A DNA stretch of 64,000 bases from Patescibacteria group bacterium (GCA_026415775.1 JAOAGL010000001.1:6282-70281); one strand, 5' to 3'; positions 29,496-39,587 are shown, counted from the first letter of the stretch. A program made the numbers and translations. The notes: generated by a model not told the origin, from the sequence alone.

Positions 29496-30533
29496 CTAAA
29501 TAATAAACATCGCATCACCAAAGCTGAAAAATCTGTATTTTTTCTTAACAGCTTCTTGATAAGCTTTAAAAATCAAATCCTTGCCAGCAAAAGCTGAAAC
29601 AAGCATTAATAAAGTAGATTTAGGCAAGTGAAAATTAGTGATTAAAGCGTCAATGAATTTAAATTGATAACCAGGATAAATAAAAATATCAACAAATTTT
29701 TGACCAAATCGAAGATACCCTTTTTTATCAGCAAAACCTTCTAATGCTCTTGTGGTGGTTGTCCCAACCGCAATAATTCTTTTATAGCTCTTCTTTGCCT
29801 GATTTAAAAACGCCGCTGTTTTTTTATCAATCTCCGCCCACTCCGAATGCATTTTATGTTTTTCAATTTCATCCACTTTAACTGGTTGAAAAGTCCCCAA
29901 CCCAACATGCAAAGTAATATATTTAAAAACAACTCCTTTTGCTTTCAATTTTTTTATTAATCGTGGCGTAAAATGAAATCCTGCTGTTGGCGCTGCCACT
30001 GACCCTAAATTTTTAGCATAAACCGTTTGATATTCTTTTAGATTGGACATCCTTTTGATGTAAGGAGGCGTTGGCGCTTGGCCGATTTGATAAATAATTT
30101 TTTTTAATTTTTCACCATGACAATTGAACTCGATGACACGTTCATAATTAACTGATTTTTTTACCACAGCTGTTAAACCTTTTTCAAAAATAATTTTTTG
30201 CCCTTCTGATAAACCAGGTTTACCAATCACTACCCATTTTTTTATCCATTGATAATGGGTTAATTTTTTTGTCTCGGGCCGCAAAAGTAAAATTTCCACC
30301 CTCCCGCCAGTTTCTGGTTTTTTACCTATCAATCGCGCAGGTATCACTTTGCTATTATTTAAAACCAAAACATCGCCTTTCTGTAAAAATTTTTCTATTT
30401 CATAAAAATAATGATGACTGATTTTTTTCTCTTTTCGATTAACAACCATCAACCGCGAATGGTCTCTCGGAGAAATCGGCTTCTGGGCAATATATTCTTT
30501 TGGCAAATAATAGTTAAACTCTTCGAGCTTCAT
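29496..30533 (-). CDS. queA: S-adenosylmethionine:tRNA ribosyltransferase-isomerase
   Basis: PPYIKR, YQTVYA, GSVAAPTAGFHF, LHVGLGTF, TNFHLPKSTL, FSFGDAM. Confidence 0.97.
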   Translation of the reverse strand: MKLEEFNYYLPKEYIAQKPISPRDHSRLMVVNRKEKKISHHYFYEIEKFLQKGDVLVLNNSKVIPARLIGKKPETGGRVEILLLRPETKKLTHYQWIKKWVVIGKPGLSEGQKIIFEKGLTAVVKKSVNYERVIEFNCHGEKLKKIIYQIGQAPTPPYIKRMSNLKEYQTVYAKNLGSVAAPTAGFHFTPRLIKKLKAKGVVFKYITLHVGLGTFQPVKVDEIEKHKMHSEWAEIDKKTAAFLNQAKKSYKRIIAVGTTTTRALEGFADKKGYLRFGQKFVDIFIYPGYQFKFIDALITNFHLPKSTLLMLVSAFAGKDLIFKAYQEAVKKKYRFFSFGDAMFII

Positions 30534-30535
30534 AG

Positions 30536-31213
30536 TTAATAATTAAAATCTTTAATTTTGAATGGCGAAAAGTGAGTACCAATGTCAAATGTGTCAACTT
30601 TCTCTTTTTTCTTTAAGAAGTTAGCAGCAAGATAAGTGAGCGGCGTAAACAAAATTTCTACGCTGACTTTAAAAATATAATTGGAAATAATAATTGTTAA
30701 CAATAAACCCAAAGGAATTTTACCAAAAAACGCAATTAAACAAAAAATTAGTGAATCTAAAAATTCGGCCACTAAAGTTGAACTAATCGTTCGGCTCCAC
30801 AAATATCGCCCTTTAGTAAAAATTTTCATTTTGGCTAAAATAAATGAATTCACAAACTCCCCAATCCAATAAGCAACAATACTTGCTAAAACAATTCGCG
30901 GCACCCAACCTAAAATTGCTTCATAAGCTTTTTGGTTTTCCCATCCTTCAGCTGGTGGCAACTTCGCCACAATCATAAAAATCAAGGCCATCAAAATATT
31001 AGTGCCAAAACCCAACCAAATCACTCGCCTCATTCTTTTATAACCATAAACCTCCGTAAAAATATCGCCCAAAATATAAGCCAAAGGAAAAAGAATTGTT
31101 CCGCCATCAAAAGTAAAAGGACCAAATCTTAAAATTTTAGCTGAAACAACATTGGAAACCAAAAGCACTAAAATAAATAAAACCAATAAAAAATCAAAAT
31201 ATTTAAAATTCAT
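30536..31213 (-). CDS. yhhQ: Queuosine precursor transporter (YhhQ/Vut_1)
   Basis: FPLAYILGDIFTEVYG, RIVLASIVAY, RTISST...LDS motifs; adjacent to queA. Confidence 0.9.
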   Translation of the reverse strand: MNFKYFDFLLVLFILVLLVSNVVSAKILRFGPFTFDGGTILFPLAYILGDIFTEVYGYKRMRRVIWLGFGTNILMALIFMIVAKLPPAEGWENQKAYEAILGWVPRIVLASIVAYWIGEFVNSFILAKMKIFTKGRYLWSRTISSTLVAEFLDSLIFCLIAFFGKIPLGLLLTIIISNYIFKVSVEILFTPLTYLAANFLKKKEKVDTFDIGTHFSPFKIKDFNY

Positions 31214-31219
31214 GCGTTA

Positions 31220-32701
31220 TTATTGGAAAATTAATTGATCTCCAACAATAATTTCCACATCGCTATCAATTAAAATACCACATTCTTTCCCTTCTAAAAC
31301 TTCTTTAACATCTAATTTATTGCATTGAACATTTAAAATTTTTCCGCGGCCAATAATTTCTTCTCCTCGCTGAATTTTCACCTGCGCACCCTTTACAATT
31401 CTTCCTTCAATAACCTTACCGCCAACAACCTGCTCGGTTCGTTTTTTACTGAAACAAGCTAGAATTTCCAATTTTCCCTTTATTGGCGGCTCTTGCGGTT
31501 TAAACATTGCTTCAATTTCTTCTTTCAAAAACTTCTCCATTTCATAAATCACATCAAAAAGATAAACACGCAGATTTTTAGCTTGAATAATTGTTTGTAA
31601 ATCTTTCGGTATTTTTACTCGAAATCCCAAAATAATTGCCGGCGCCGTTTCGGCCAATGAAACATCAGAAACAAAAATATCACCAATTGATTCGCTAATA
31701 ATTTTCAAACTTGTATTTTCTGGCAAAGTGAGATTATTCAAAATGTTTTTCATCGCCTCAAGCGAACCAACAACATCAGCTTTTAAAATAATATTTAAAA
31801 CATTTTCACTGGCATCCAATTTTTGAATTTCAACTCTTTTATTCTCGCGCATTTTTTTCAATTCTTCCTCGCTTTTCTCGCCAACAAAAAACTCCTCACC
31901 AACCTGCGGCATATCTTTAAAACCAATAATTAACACTGGTTTTGAAGGACCAGCTTCTTTAATTTGTTTGCCGTTGCAATCTTCCATTAAACGCACTTTG
32001 CCAAGAACTGTTTCTGTATAAATAGAATCACCTACTTTCAAAACGCCGTTTTTTATTAAAACCGAAGCAATAATACCCCGTTTATTATCAAATTTCGTTT
32101 CCAAAATAACTCCACTGGCAGGAATATTTAATTCTGCTTTCAAATCCTCCATATCTGCCACCAATAAAATTAGCTCAAGCAATTCATTGATATTGGTACC
32201 GTTTTTCGCCGAAATATTAACAATTGGCACATTGCCTCCCCAACCCTCAACAAAAACTCCTAATTCTGCTAATTGGGTTTTAACTTTGTCGGGATTGGCT
32301 TCGGCTCTATCAATTTTATTCAAAGCCACAATAAAAGGAATTTTTGCTTGCTGGATATGGTTTAAAGCTTCAATTGTCTGCGGTTTTACTCCTTCATCAG
32401 CCGCAATAATTAAAATAGCAATATCACAAACTTGCGCCCCGCGCGCTCGAATAGCCGAAAACGCTTCATGACCAGGCGTATCAATAAAAGTAATTTGTCG
32501 ATTATTGTATTCGGGGTTATCGCTTTTAACAATAATATCATAAGCGCCAATATGCTGAGTGATGCCACCTGCTTCTTTGGCAGTAATATTAGTTTTGCGA
32601 ATAGTATCTAAAAGAGTTGTTTTTCCATGGTCAATATGACCCATCACTACTACAATGGGCGGTCGTTTAACCATATTCACTTGATTTGTTTTCTCAGCCA
32701 T
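31220..32701 (-). CDS. infB: Translation initiation factor IF-2 (short form)
   Basis: RPPIVVVMGHIDHGKTTLLD, GGITQHIGAY, DTPGHEAF, NKID, GKECGI. Confidence 0.96.
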   Translation of the reverse strand: MAEKTNQVNMVKRPPIVVVMGHIDHGKTTLLDTIRKTNITAKEAGGITQHIGAYDIIVKSDNPEYNNRQITFIDTPGHEAFSAIRARGAQVCDIAILIIAADEGVKPQTIEALNHIQQAKIPFIVALNKIDRAEANPDKVKTQLAELGVFVEGWGGNVPIVNISAKNGTNINELLELILLVADMEDLKAELNIPASGVILETKFDNKRGIIASVLIKNGVLKVGDSIYTETVLGKVRLMEDCNGKQIKEAGPSKPVLIIGFKDMPQVGEEFFVGEKSEEELKKMRENKRVEIQKLDASENVLNIILKADVVGSLEAMKNILNNLTLPENTSLKIISESIGDIFVSDVSLAETAPAIILGFRVKIPKDLQTIIQAKNLRVYLFDVIYEMEKFLKEEIEAMFKPQEPPIKGKLEILACFSKKRTEQVVGGKVIEGRIVKGAQVKIQRGEEIIGRGKILNVQCNKLDVKEVLEGKECGILIDSDVEIIVGDQLIFQ

Positions 32702-32779
32702 AAAATTTTTCTTAAAGTGTTTTTATCTTATCACAAAATTTCTTTTTCGTCTACTATTTATTTTTAATTTCAAAAAACA

Positions 32780-32806
32780 AAAAAGGGGTTCATTTTTGAA
32801 CCCCTT
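32780..32806 (-). terminator. Intrinsic terminator of the PIN-lipoprotein unit
   Basis: AAGGGGTTCA-TTTT-TGAACCCCTT with a T-run on the minus strand. Confidence 0.8.
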
Positions 32807-32816
32807 ATAAAAATTT

Positions 32817-33221
32817 TTAACGCCTTTCCACCCAAAACCTTCCACCATCCTCGCGGATGATGAAGGTGTAAGAATACGAATAATAGTTCGATCTTGCCCA
32901 CACCTTATCGGCGTAGGCGAAACCCCTTCTATCAACAATCTGCAGGGAAACTTCCTCCCCATAAAGGGAGGTGTTCCACAGACGAGCTAACCACTTCCCA
33001 TAGGGAGCCGCCACCCCCCTCTCCACCCCATCTATTAAAATATAAAAATAATAGGGGGTGGTGTTAAGAACAGTAACCCTTGTAGTATTAATAGGAAGAT
33101 TAGTGTCAACTGCAACAGTCAAACCGAGGGGAGTGCAGCTAGACAACAAAAGCAGAGTAAGCAACAACAGCACCAGCGAAAGAAAAATTTCTTTTGTTTG
33201 CTTCTTAATTAAATTCTTCAT
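32817..33221 (-). CDS. Putative lipoprotein
   Basis: Basic N-terminus, hydrophobic core, LLSSC lipobox; SD AAGGAGG; beta-rich mature part. Confidence 0.7.
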   Translation of the reverse strand: MKNLIKKQTKEIFLSLVLLLLTLLLLSSCTPLGLTVAVDTNLPINTTRVTVLNTTPYYFYILIDGVERGVAAPYGKWLARLWNTSLYGEEVSLQIVDRRGFAYADKVWARSNYYSYSYTFIIREDGGRFWVERR

Positions 33222-33246
33222 TTTTGCCTCCTTTTTATAATTTTTA

Positions 33247-33762
33247 TTATTTTAATATCTCCCCTTTCCAAAAGTGCCTCTGCCAACCATGGGTTGGCGG
33301 GACACTTATATCTAATTTTCTGGCTAGTGCTATGACTGCATGATCTAGTGACAGCAATTTAACTTTTTGCTCACCACCATTCTGAAGAGCAAGAGCCGTT
33401 GCAACAACTCTAATGTCTATTATTGATATATCCTTCAACCTCATCCTTTCAGCCTCCGCTATTAATCTGGGGACTATCCTTTTTCTATACGACCCGGCTA
33501 CTTTCCATTCGCCGGATCTAATTTTTTCCTCCACCTGTGGCCATCGCTTTAAGGATAATGCAATGGTTTTTTCCAGCTTCTTCACCCGTCCATTCTGCGG
33601 CTTAGTTCTAAGCCGCTTTAAAACATCAAGATCTGCTCGATATTTTAATTCCTCTACAACTGCTCGAGGAACAATGATTTGAACACCCTTCTCGCGCCCA
33701 AGTACCTCTACAAAACCATAACTTCGCAGTAAAATATTGCTATCTACCACAATCATTAGCAT
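33247..33762 (-). CDS. PIN-domain protein
   Basis: VVDSNILL, IVPRAVVEEL, IDIRVVATA, LLSLD acidic PIN motifs; SD AAGGAGGT. Confidence 0.75.
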   Translation of the reverse strand: MLMIVVDSNILLRSYGFVEVLGREKGVQIIVPRAVVEELKYRADLDVLKRLRTKPQNGRVKKLEKTIALSLKRWPQVEEKIRSGEWKVAGSYRKRIVPRLIAEAERMRLKDISIIDIRVVATALALQNGGEQKVKLLSLDHAVIALARKLDISVPPTHGWQRHFWKGEILK

Positions 33763-33838
33763 TTTTTACCTCCTTATTTTTATTTTTTAAAGAACTTTTT
33801 TCAAAACCGCCTAAATTATATACCTTTTTTATTTTTTG

Positions 33839-34549
33839 TCAAATATCAATTTTTTCTCCTATTTCTTTCAAAAACCGCTCCAAATCCTCAGGCAAATCAG
33901 CCTCTAATCGCAAAGTGGTGCCGTTTGGCGAAGGAAATTCCAATAAATACGCATGCAGAAACAGCCGAACCGCTATTTTTTCTTTCTTCCGACCATAAAT
34001 TTTATCACCTACAATAGGATGACCAATACTTGCTAAATGCACTCTAATTTGATGTGTACGGCCAGTTTTGGGGGAAACCCTCAAAAGCGTCAACTTTTCT
34101 TTTTGCCACTCAAAAACTTTAATCACTTCATACTCAGTAATCGCCTCTTTTAATTCTTTCATTTTTTGAGCAGCAGTTGAGCGTTTGATAGAGGAAGCAA
34201 TAATACCAATTGGCTTATCAATGACACCTTTTTTATTTTTTATCTCACCATAAACCAAAGCTAGATATCCTTTTTTTATTTTCCGCTCCTGAAAAAGTTT
34301 TTTAAAATAATCAAACGCTTTTTGATTTTTGGCAATTAATAAAAGACCAGAAGTTTCTTTGTCTAAACGATGAACAATGCCTGGTCGATTTTTATCTTCA
34401 CCAACGCCAACAATATAAGGATAGCGTTTAATTAGCCAATCCACCAAACTTTTTTCGCCATATTTTGTCGAATGAACCAGCACTCCTACTGGCTTATTAA
34501 TCACCACAAAATCTTCATTTTCAAAAACAATAGAAATTTCTAACATCAT
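33839..34549 (-). CDS. RluA family pseudouridine synthase
   Basis: INKPVG, HRLDKETSG, TGRTHQIRVH, GDKIYG, LHA motifs. Confidence 0.94.
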   Translation of the reverse strand: MMLEISIVFENEDFVVINKPVGVLVHSTKYGEKSLVDWLIKRYPYIVGVGEDKNRPGIVHRLDKETSGLLLIAKNQKAFDYFKKLFQERKIKKGYLALVYGEIKNKKGVIDKPIGIIASSIKRSTAAQKMKELKEAITEYEVIKVFEWQKEKLTLLRVSPKTGRTHQIRVHLASIGHPIVGDKIYGRKKEKIAVRLFLHAYLLEFPSPNGTTLRLEADLPEDLERFLKEIGEKIDI

Positions 34550-34624
34550 TTTTATCCTATCATTTCTAAAGTTTTTTTCAAATAAAAAAGCGCCTTTCTA
34601 ATAGGCGCCTTCTTTAAATTAAAA

Positions 34625-35167
34625 TTATAAACCGCCGAAAATTTTGACAAAAAAATAACCATTAAATAACACTAAAAGATTATACAAGATATGCGAAAAG
34701 ATAACCGCTAAGGAAGCTTCAAAATATCTTTGCTGATAACCGCCGGCTTTCAAAAATAAATAAGACCATAATAAACCAAGAATGCCTTGAATAAAAATAT
34801 TGAAACGTGTGGTATGAGACAAGGCAAATCCTAAAGACAAAAATAAAATAGAAATTATCAACAAAACATTAGCGAATTTCCGATTTTTCAGACCTAACAA
34901 TAGAAAACTTATCAATGTCAAAGGTAAAATCCGCCAAACCACTTCCTCGCCCGCCGAATAAATAATTATGTTTCTTAAATTAACACCCATCCCCTTCCCA
35001 AAAGAATGCCAGAATTTCAAAAAATAAACCTGCGGGAAAAATAAATCATCAAGCGCTAAGGAAATAAAACAACAGAAAAAAAGCGTATAGTTAAAACCCA
35101 AAAGAGAAACAATCAGTGTCCATAAAATTTTTTCCTTGTTGTTTAATTGTCTTTTAAACAAGTCCAT
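34625..35167 (-). CDS. CPBP (CAAX/Abi) family intramembrane protease
   Basis: EEVVWR, FALSH, HILYN motifs in TM helices; SD AAGGAGG. Confidence 0.8.
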   Translation of the reverse strand: MDLFKRQLNNKEKILWTLIVSLLGFNYTLFFCCFISLALDDLFFPQVYFLKFWHSFGKGMGVNLRNIIIYSAGEEVVWRILPLTLISFLLLGLKNRKFANVLLIISILFLSLGFALSHTTRFNIFIQGILGLLWSYLFLKAGGYQQRYFEASLAVIFSHILYNLLVLFNGYFFVKIFGGL

Positions 35168-35265
35168 TCTTCGCCTCCTTATTAAAATTTTAAAAAACTA
35201 ATAAAAGCTTAGCATTTTTTGAAAAATTTTTCAAAAATAAAAAGCCGCTCGGCGGCTTTCAATAG

Positions 35266-35337
35266 TGCGCCCTGGAGGGATCGAACCTCCGGCCTTTTCG
35301 ATGTCAACGAAACGCTCTACCACTGAGCTAAGGGCGC
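35266..35337 (-). tRNA. tRNA-Val(GAC)
   Basis: GCGCCCT/AGGGCGC acceptor, TTTCG-TTGACAT-CGAAA anticodon arm, GGAGG-TTCGATC-CCTCC T arm. Confidence 0.95.
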
Positions 35338-35402
35338 AAACAATTAAATATCTATTATTAGAATAATCAAAAACTCAATTAAAGTCAACGATTAGGTTTT
35401 CC

Positions 35403-35823
35403 CTATTTTTCTTTTTCACCTTTGATTATTTGAAAAAGGGGGTGTGGTAAAATTTTGTTAACTCGCAATAATTCTTTATATTTTTCTTTATCTCGCTTTT
35501 TTAATTTTTTTAATAAATGATTAAATTCAAATTTTAATTGCCTCTCAGTTATTTTTATTTTTCTTTTTACTCTCGGAATTGGCCAAATTTTTGTTTGGTT
35601 AAATTTAAAACTGCGTTTCTTTGCTTCCAAATAAACAAAAAATACAAATAAAACCTGATGCAATTTTGGGGATTATAACAATTTTTAAATCTGATTAACT
35701 GTGGATGGTTTTGATAGCCTTTTGTTTTATTCTCCAAAACCTTTTTCGCTAATAAACCCTCGCGTCATAAAGCAATTAACCTTTGGTATCTAAATATTTT
35801 GGATGAATAGACCATAAACGCAT
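35403..35823 (-). pseudogene. Pyrimidine-dimer DNA glycosylase / endonuclease V-like pseudogene
   Basis: From ATG 35823: MRLWSIHPKYLDTKG, frameshift, LIAL*REGLLAKKVL...KGYQNHPQLIRF, second frameshift into VYLEAKKRSFKF...QLKFEFNHLLKKLKKRD...PHPLF; two frameshifts and an in-frame TGA. Confidence 0.85.
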
Positions 35824-35852
35824 AAATTCAAATTTATTTAAATAAAAATTAG

Positions 35853-35924
35853 TGGACCGGATGGGAGTTGAACCCACGACCTTCCCGATGCGAACGGGAT
35901 GCTCTACCACTGAGCTACCGGCCC
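35853..35924 (-). tRNA. tRNA-Ala(CGC)
   Basis: GGGCCGG/CCGGTCC acceptor with G3:U70, TCCCG-TTCGCAT-CGGGA anticodon arm, GTGGG-TTCAACT-CCCAT T arm. Confidence 0.95.
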
Positions 35925-36050
35925 TTTTTTCTTATAAATTAATCTTAATGATTTTTGTTAATTTTTCAATTTTTTCTCTATTTGACAAGAAATAAAAAAG
36001 TTTTAAGATTAAAACGGTTTCTTAAAAAATTTTAAAAGGAGGATAAAAAA

Positions 36051-37052
36051 ATGAATAAAAAGAAGGATGAAAAAATTTTTCCAATATTAGACCCTATTCA
36101 CACCACCCAACCCGATACCCTTGATGGAATTATTTTTGATGATTCCCCAGAAATTGACAGAAGCGAATTTCCCTTGGTTCTCATTGATACTGACACAATT
36201 ATTATCCCCGTTACTACTTTTAAAGGATACGGAGAAATTGGCTCTAATGTACTAATCTCCAACTCTTTTCTTTCCAAAACCACCATTAAAAATGGTAGCA
36301 AAATTATTGATAGCCGAATTTTCACTGGTATTATACATAATGAAACTGTAATTATTAATTCAACCATTGAAGGTTCGGTTTTTAATGAGAAATGCTACGC
36401 TAACAACTGCACCATAATCGAAAGCGTTTTAGGAAAAGAGGTGATTATCTGCGGCAGTTCCAATATCAATCGCTCTAGGATATATGACGAAGTAGTCTTA
36501 AGTCCACAAGTTATTGTTGATAATGGCAAAGTAGAAAAATTTTGTTATTTAGAAAGTGGAGTCAAGCTTATTGGTCAAAAAGGCCGATACGGAGATGCGG
36601 TTGTTATTCTCAAGCCAAAAGTTTATGTTGGAGCCAACTCCTTAATTATCGGCCCAGCACTGATTGACCATAATTGCTATATTGACAGCGATGTTGTTAT
36701 AGAACCAAGTAATTTAATTGGAATTTTTATTCCCCCTTTTTCATATATCAGAAGAAGCGACAACAAAAAAGGGTACGAAGTTTTAGAAAAGAGATCTTTT
36801 TATTTAATTGACGGTCTTTGGTATGTGGCAAAAGACACTCCAATTGAAATATCATTAATCAGAGAAGTAAAAAATAAACTGGAATTTATCGAAAAAAAAT
36901 TAAAAGAAAAAAAAGAGGACATAAAAGAAGTGCTAACAAATAAAAATACAAAAGCGGGAAATCAACCACCCATCCAATTGCTTTTATATAATGATGGTCT
37001 AAAGAAATTTAAAGAATTTTTAAATAGAATGATGGAATCCCTCGTCAATTGA
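36051..37052 (+). CDS. Left-handed beta-helix-like repeat protein of unknown function
   Basis: Periodic I/V..S.I patterns (IGSNVLISNS, IKNGSKIIDS, VGANSLIIG); SD AAGGAGG; own promoter and terminator. Confidence 0.6.
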   Translation: MNKKKDEKIFPILDPIHTTQPDTLDGIIFDDSPEIDRSEFPLVLIDTDTIIIPVTTFKGYGEIGSNVLISNSFLSKTTIKNGSKIIDSRIFTGIIHNETVIINSTIEGSVFNEKCYANNCTIIESVLGKEVIICGSSNINRSRIYDEVVLSPQVIVDNGKVEKFCYLESGVKLIGQKGRYGDAVVILKPKVYVGANSLIIGPALIDHNCYIDSDVVIEPSNLIGIFIPPFSYIRRSDNKKGYEVLEKRSFYLIDGLWYVAKDTPIEISLIREVKNKLEFIEKKLKEKKEDIKEVLTNKNTKAGNQPPIQLLLYNDGLKKFKEFLNRMMESLVN

Positions 37053-37066
37053 CGGGGGATTTTTTT
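37036..37066 (+). terminator. Intrinsic terminator
   Basis: AATCCCTCGTCAA / TTGACGGGGGATT followed by a T-run. Confidence 0.75.
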
Positions 37067-37101
37067 GACTTATTCTTGAAAAATTTCTAAAATAAAAAAG
37101 T

Positions 37102-38364
37102 ATGAAAGAAAACGTTTTTAATGAATTGGAATGGCGCGGCCTAATTAATCAAACAACCGATGCCAATCAATTAAAAGAACGCTTGAAAAAACCCATTGTT
37201 TTATATTGCGGTTTTGATGTAACAGCCGATAGTTTACATATTGGCCATCTTTTGCCGTTAATAACCCTCAAGCGTTTTGCCGAGTATAATCATCAAATTA
37301 TCGCTGTTTTGGGCTCAGCAACCAGTTTAATCGGCGACCCGAGCGGTAAAAAATCCGAACGCAAGCTTCAACCTGAAGAAATTGTTCAACAATGGAATCA
37401 TGGCATAAAAAAACAATTAAATAATTTATTGAAAGAAGAAATTCAAACACACAAAGCTATTATTGTTGAAAATAGTGAATGGCTTAAAAAGTTGGGTCTT
37501 TTATCATTCATTCGCGATATTGGCAAACATTTCAGTTTGGGCTATATGCTGGCAAAAGAATCAGTAAAAAACCGTCTTGAAGTTGGAATTTCTTTTACTG
37601 AATTTAGTTATATGTTGCTTCAAGCTTATGATTTTTGGTGGTTGTATAAAAAATATAATTGCGAACTTCAAATTGGAGGTAGCGACCAGTGGGGTAATAT
37701 TACTACTGGTATTGATTTAATTCAAAAATTAGAAAATAAAAATGTTTATGGGTTAACACTTCCTCTTCTTCTTAAATCTGACGGGACTAAATTTGGAAAA
37801 ACTGAGGGTGGCGCTGTTTGGCTTGATGCTTCAAAAACTTCCGTCTACCAATTTTATCAATTTCTTATTAATACAGATGATCGCGACGTTATAAAATTAT
37901 TAAAATTTTTAACTTTTTTAACTGCTGAGCAAATCAAAGAATTAGAAAAGTCGGTAAAAAATCAACCAGAAAAACGCCTTGCCCAAAAAACATTAGCGCA
38001 AGAATTAACAAAATTAGTTCATGGCGAAAAAGCGTTACAACGAGCAGAAAAAATTTCTGAAGCCTTGTTTTATAATAATCTTAAAAATTTATCAGCTGAA
38101 GAGTTGAAAGAGGGTCTTAATGATGTTCCAACGGCTAAAATTGAAAATAAGCAAAAATTAAACCTCGTTGATTTTTTGGTTGAAACCAAAGTTTGTTCTT
38201 CCAAACGACAAGCCCGCGAAGATATTATTAATGGCGCAATTACTTTAAATGGTGAGGTTGTTAGAGACATTAATTTAACCCTCTCCCCTCAAAATTCGCT
38301 TGTTGAAAATATCTTTGTTGTTCGCCGCGGCAAAAAAAATTATCATCTTATTTTTTGGCAATAA
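37102..38364 (+). CDS. tyrS: Tyrosine--tRNA ligase
   Basis: YCGFD..ADSLHIGH, QIGGSDQWGNI, KFGKT, C-terminal S4 domain RRGKK. Confidence 0.97.
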   Translation: MKENVFNELEWRGLINQTTDANQLKERLKKPIVLYCGFDVTADSLHIGHLLPLITLKRFAEYNHQIIAVLGSATSLIGDPSGKKSERKLQPEEIVQQWNHGIKKQLNNLLKEEIQTHKAIIVENSEWLKKLGLLSFIRDIGKHFSLGYMLAKESVKNRLEVGISFTEFSYMLLQAYDFWWLYKKYNCELQIGGSDQWGNITTGIDLIQKLENKNVYGLTLPLLLKSDGTKFGKTEGGAVWLDASKTSVYQFYQFLINTDDRDVIKLLKFLTFLTAEQIKELEKSVKNQPEKRLAQKTLAQELTKLVHGEKALQRAEKISEALFYNNLKNLSAEELKEGLNDVPTAKIENKQKLNLVDFLVETKVCSSKRQAREDIINGAITLNGEVVRDINLTLSPQNSLVENIFVVRRGKKNYHLIFWQ

Positions 38365-38409
38365 TTAAAAATTGACTTTCTCTTTTTCTCTATTAATATC
38401 AATTTTGAT

Positions 38410-38889
38410 ATGGCTGAGATGTTGTTTAATTCGTCAGATAATCGGAAAATTGGTCTCAAAAAATTAATTGGGGAAATTTTTGCTTTTATCCAAGAAAAAC
38501 CTCAAGCCGCTTACAAATTAGTTATTGGCACTGATTCATTAAACGCGGCTGACCACTCGGATTTCGTCACGGCAATTATTATTTTACGCATTGGCAATGG
38601 CGGACGTTATTTCTGGCGGAGAATTAAAGATAAAAATTTTAAGAGCTTGCGCGAGAGAATTTACAAAGAAGTCTATTTATCTCTAGAAATTGGCCAACAA
38701 TTACTCAAATTGCTAGAGAAAAATCAATTTTACACTTTTGATTTGGAAATTCATGTTGATGTTGGACAGAATGGCGAAACTCGTAATTTAATTAACGAGG
38801 TTACTGGTTTGGTAAGAGGTTGCGGTTTTGTGGTAAAAACTAAACCCGAAAGTTTTGCCGCTTCAAGCGTGGCAGATCATTGTATTTAA
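38410..38889 (+). CDS. RNase H-like YkuK (DUF458) family protein
   Basis: IGTDS, GNGGRYF, EIHVDVG, KPESFAASSVAD motifs. Confidence 0.88.
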   Translation: MAEMLFNSSDNRKIGLKKLIGEIFAFIQEKPQAAYKLVIGTDSLNAADHSDFVTAIIILRIGNGGRYFWRRIKDKNFKSLRERIYKEVYLSLEIGQQLLKLLEKNQFYTFDLEIHVDVGQNGETRNLINEVTGLVRGCGFVVKTKPESFAASSVADHCI

Positions 38890-38891
38890 AT

Positions 38892-39518
38892 ATGCTTGAT
38901 AAAATTGTTTTGGATTTAGAAACAAAAAATTCTTTCGCTGATGTTGGGGGGAAACAAAATCTTCATCAACTTGAAATTTCTTTAATTGGTATTTACTCAT
39001 ACAAACGCGATGAATATTTAGCTTTTACAGAAAAAGAATTTCATCTTTTTGAAAAATTTCTTCATGATGTTGGCGCTATTATTGGTTTTTCTATTTATAA
39101 TTTTGATTTACCTTTAATTGAAAAACATTTTGATTATAAATTTGATAATCATATCATTTTTGATATTTTAAAAGAAATTGAAGAAAAACGCGGTCATAAA
39201 ATCAGCCTTGACGAATTAGCATCAGCTAATATAGGGTTGCGAAAAAACGGCAATGGTTTAGAAGCTATTAAATTATACAAGGAAGGAAAAATTGAAGAAT
39301 TAAAAAGATATTGTTTAAATGATGTGAGATTAACAAAAGAGCTTTATGAACTTATTCTAAAGCAAAATCATTTAATTATCCCATCAAAAATTCACGCACC
39401 AGTAAAAGTGCCTTTTAATTGGATTCAGTTGCACAATGATTTAGAAAAGAAACTTATTGAAATAGAAAAACAACGCCAAAAAATTTCTGTTCAAAATTCT
39501 TTGTTTGAAATCTTTTAA
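38892..39518 (+). CDS. RNase H-like DEDD exonuclease domain protein (YprB-like)
   Basis: VLDLETK, FDLP, SLDELA, YCLNDVRLT motifs. Confidence 0.82.
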   Translation: MLDKIVLDLETKNSFADVGGKQNLHQLEISLIGIYSYKRDEYLAFTEKEFHLFEKFLHDVGAIIGFSIYNFDLPLIEKHFDYKFDNHIIFDILKEIEEKRGHKISLDELASANIGLRKNGNGLEAIKLYKEGKIEELKRYCLNDVRLTKELYELILKQNHLIIPSKIHAPVKVPFNWIQLHNDLEKKLIEIEKQRQKISVQNSLFEIF

Positions 39519-39550
39519 ACGCATTTACTATAAATTTTTTAAATTTGAAA

Positions 39551-39587
39551 AAATAATAGGGTCTCCTTTTAAGACCCTATTATTTTT
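39551..39587. terminator. Bidirectional terminator
   Basis: AAATAATAGGGTCT...AGACCCTATTATTTTT between convergent genes. Confidence 0.8.

Noticed and set aside
19160-32701. Short ValS and IF-2 as possible pseudogenes
   Set aside because: All catalytic motifs are intact and the ends are clean; consistent with streamlined proteins.
35766-35768. In-frame TGA at a conserved Trp suggesting stop-codon reassignment
   Set aside because: The same gene has two frameshifts, and TGA terminates intact genes such as tatD, purN and clpB.
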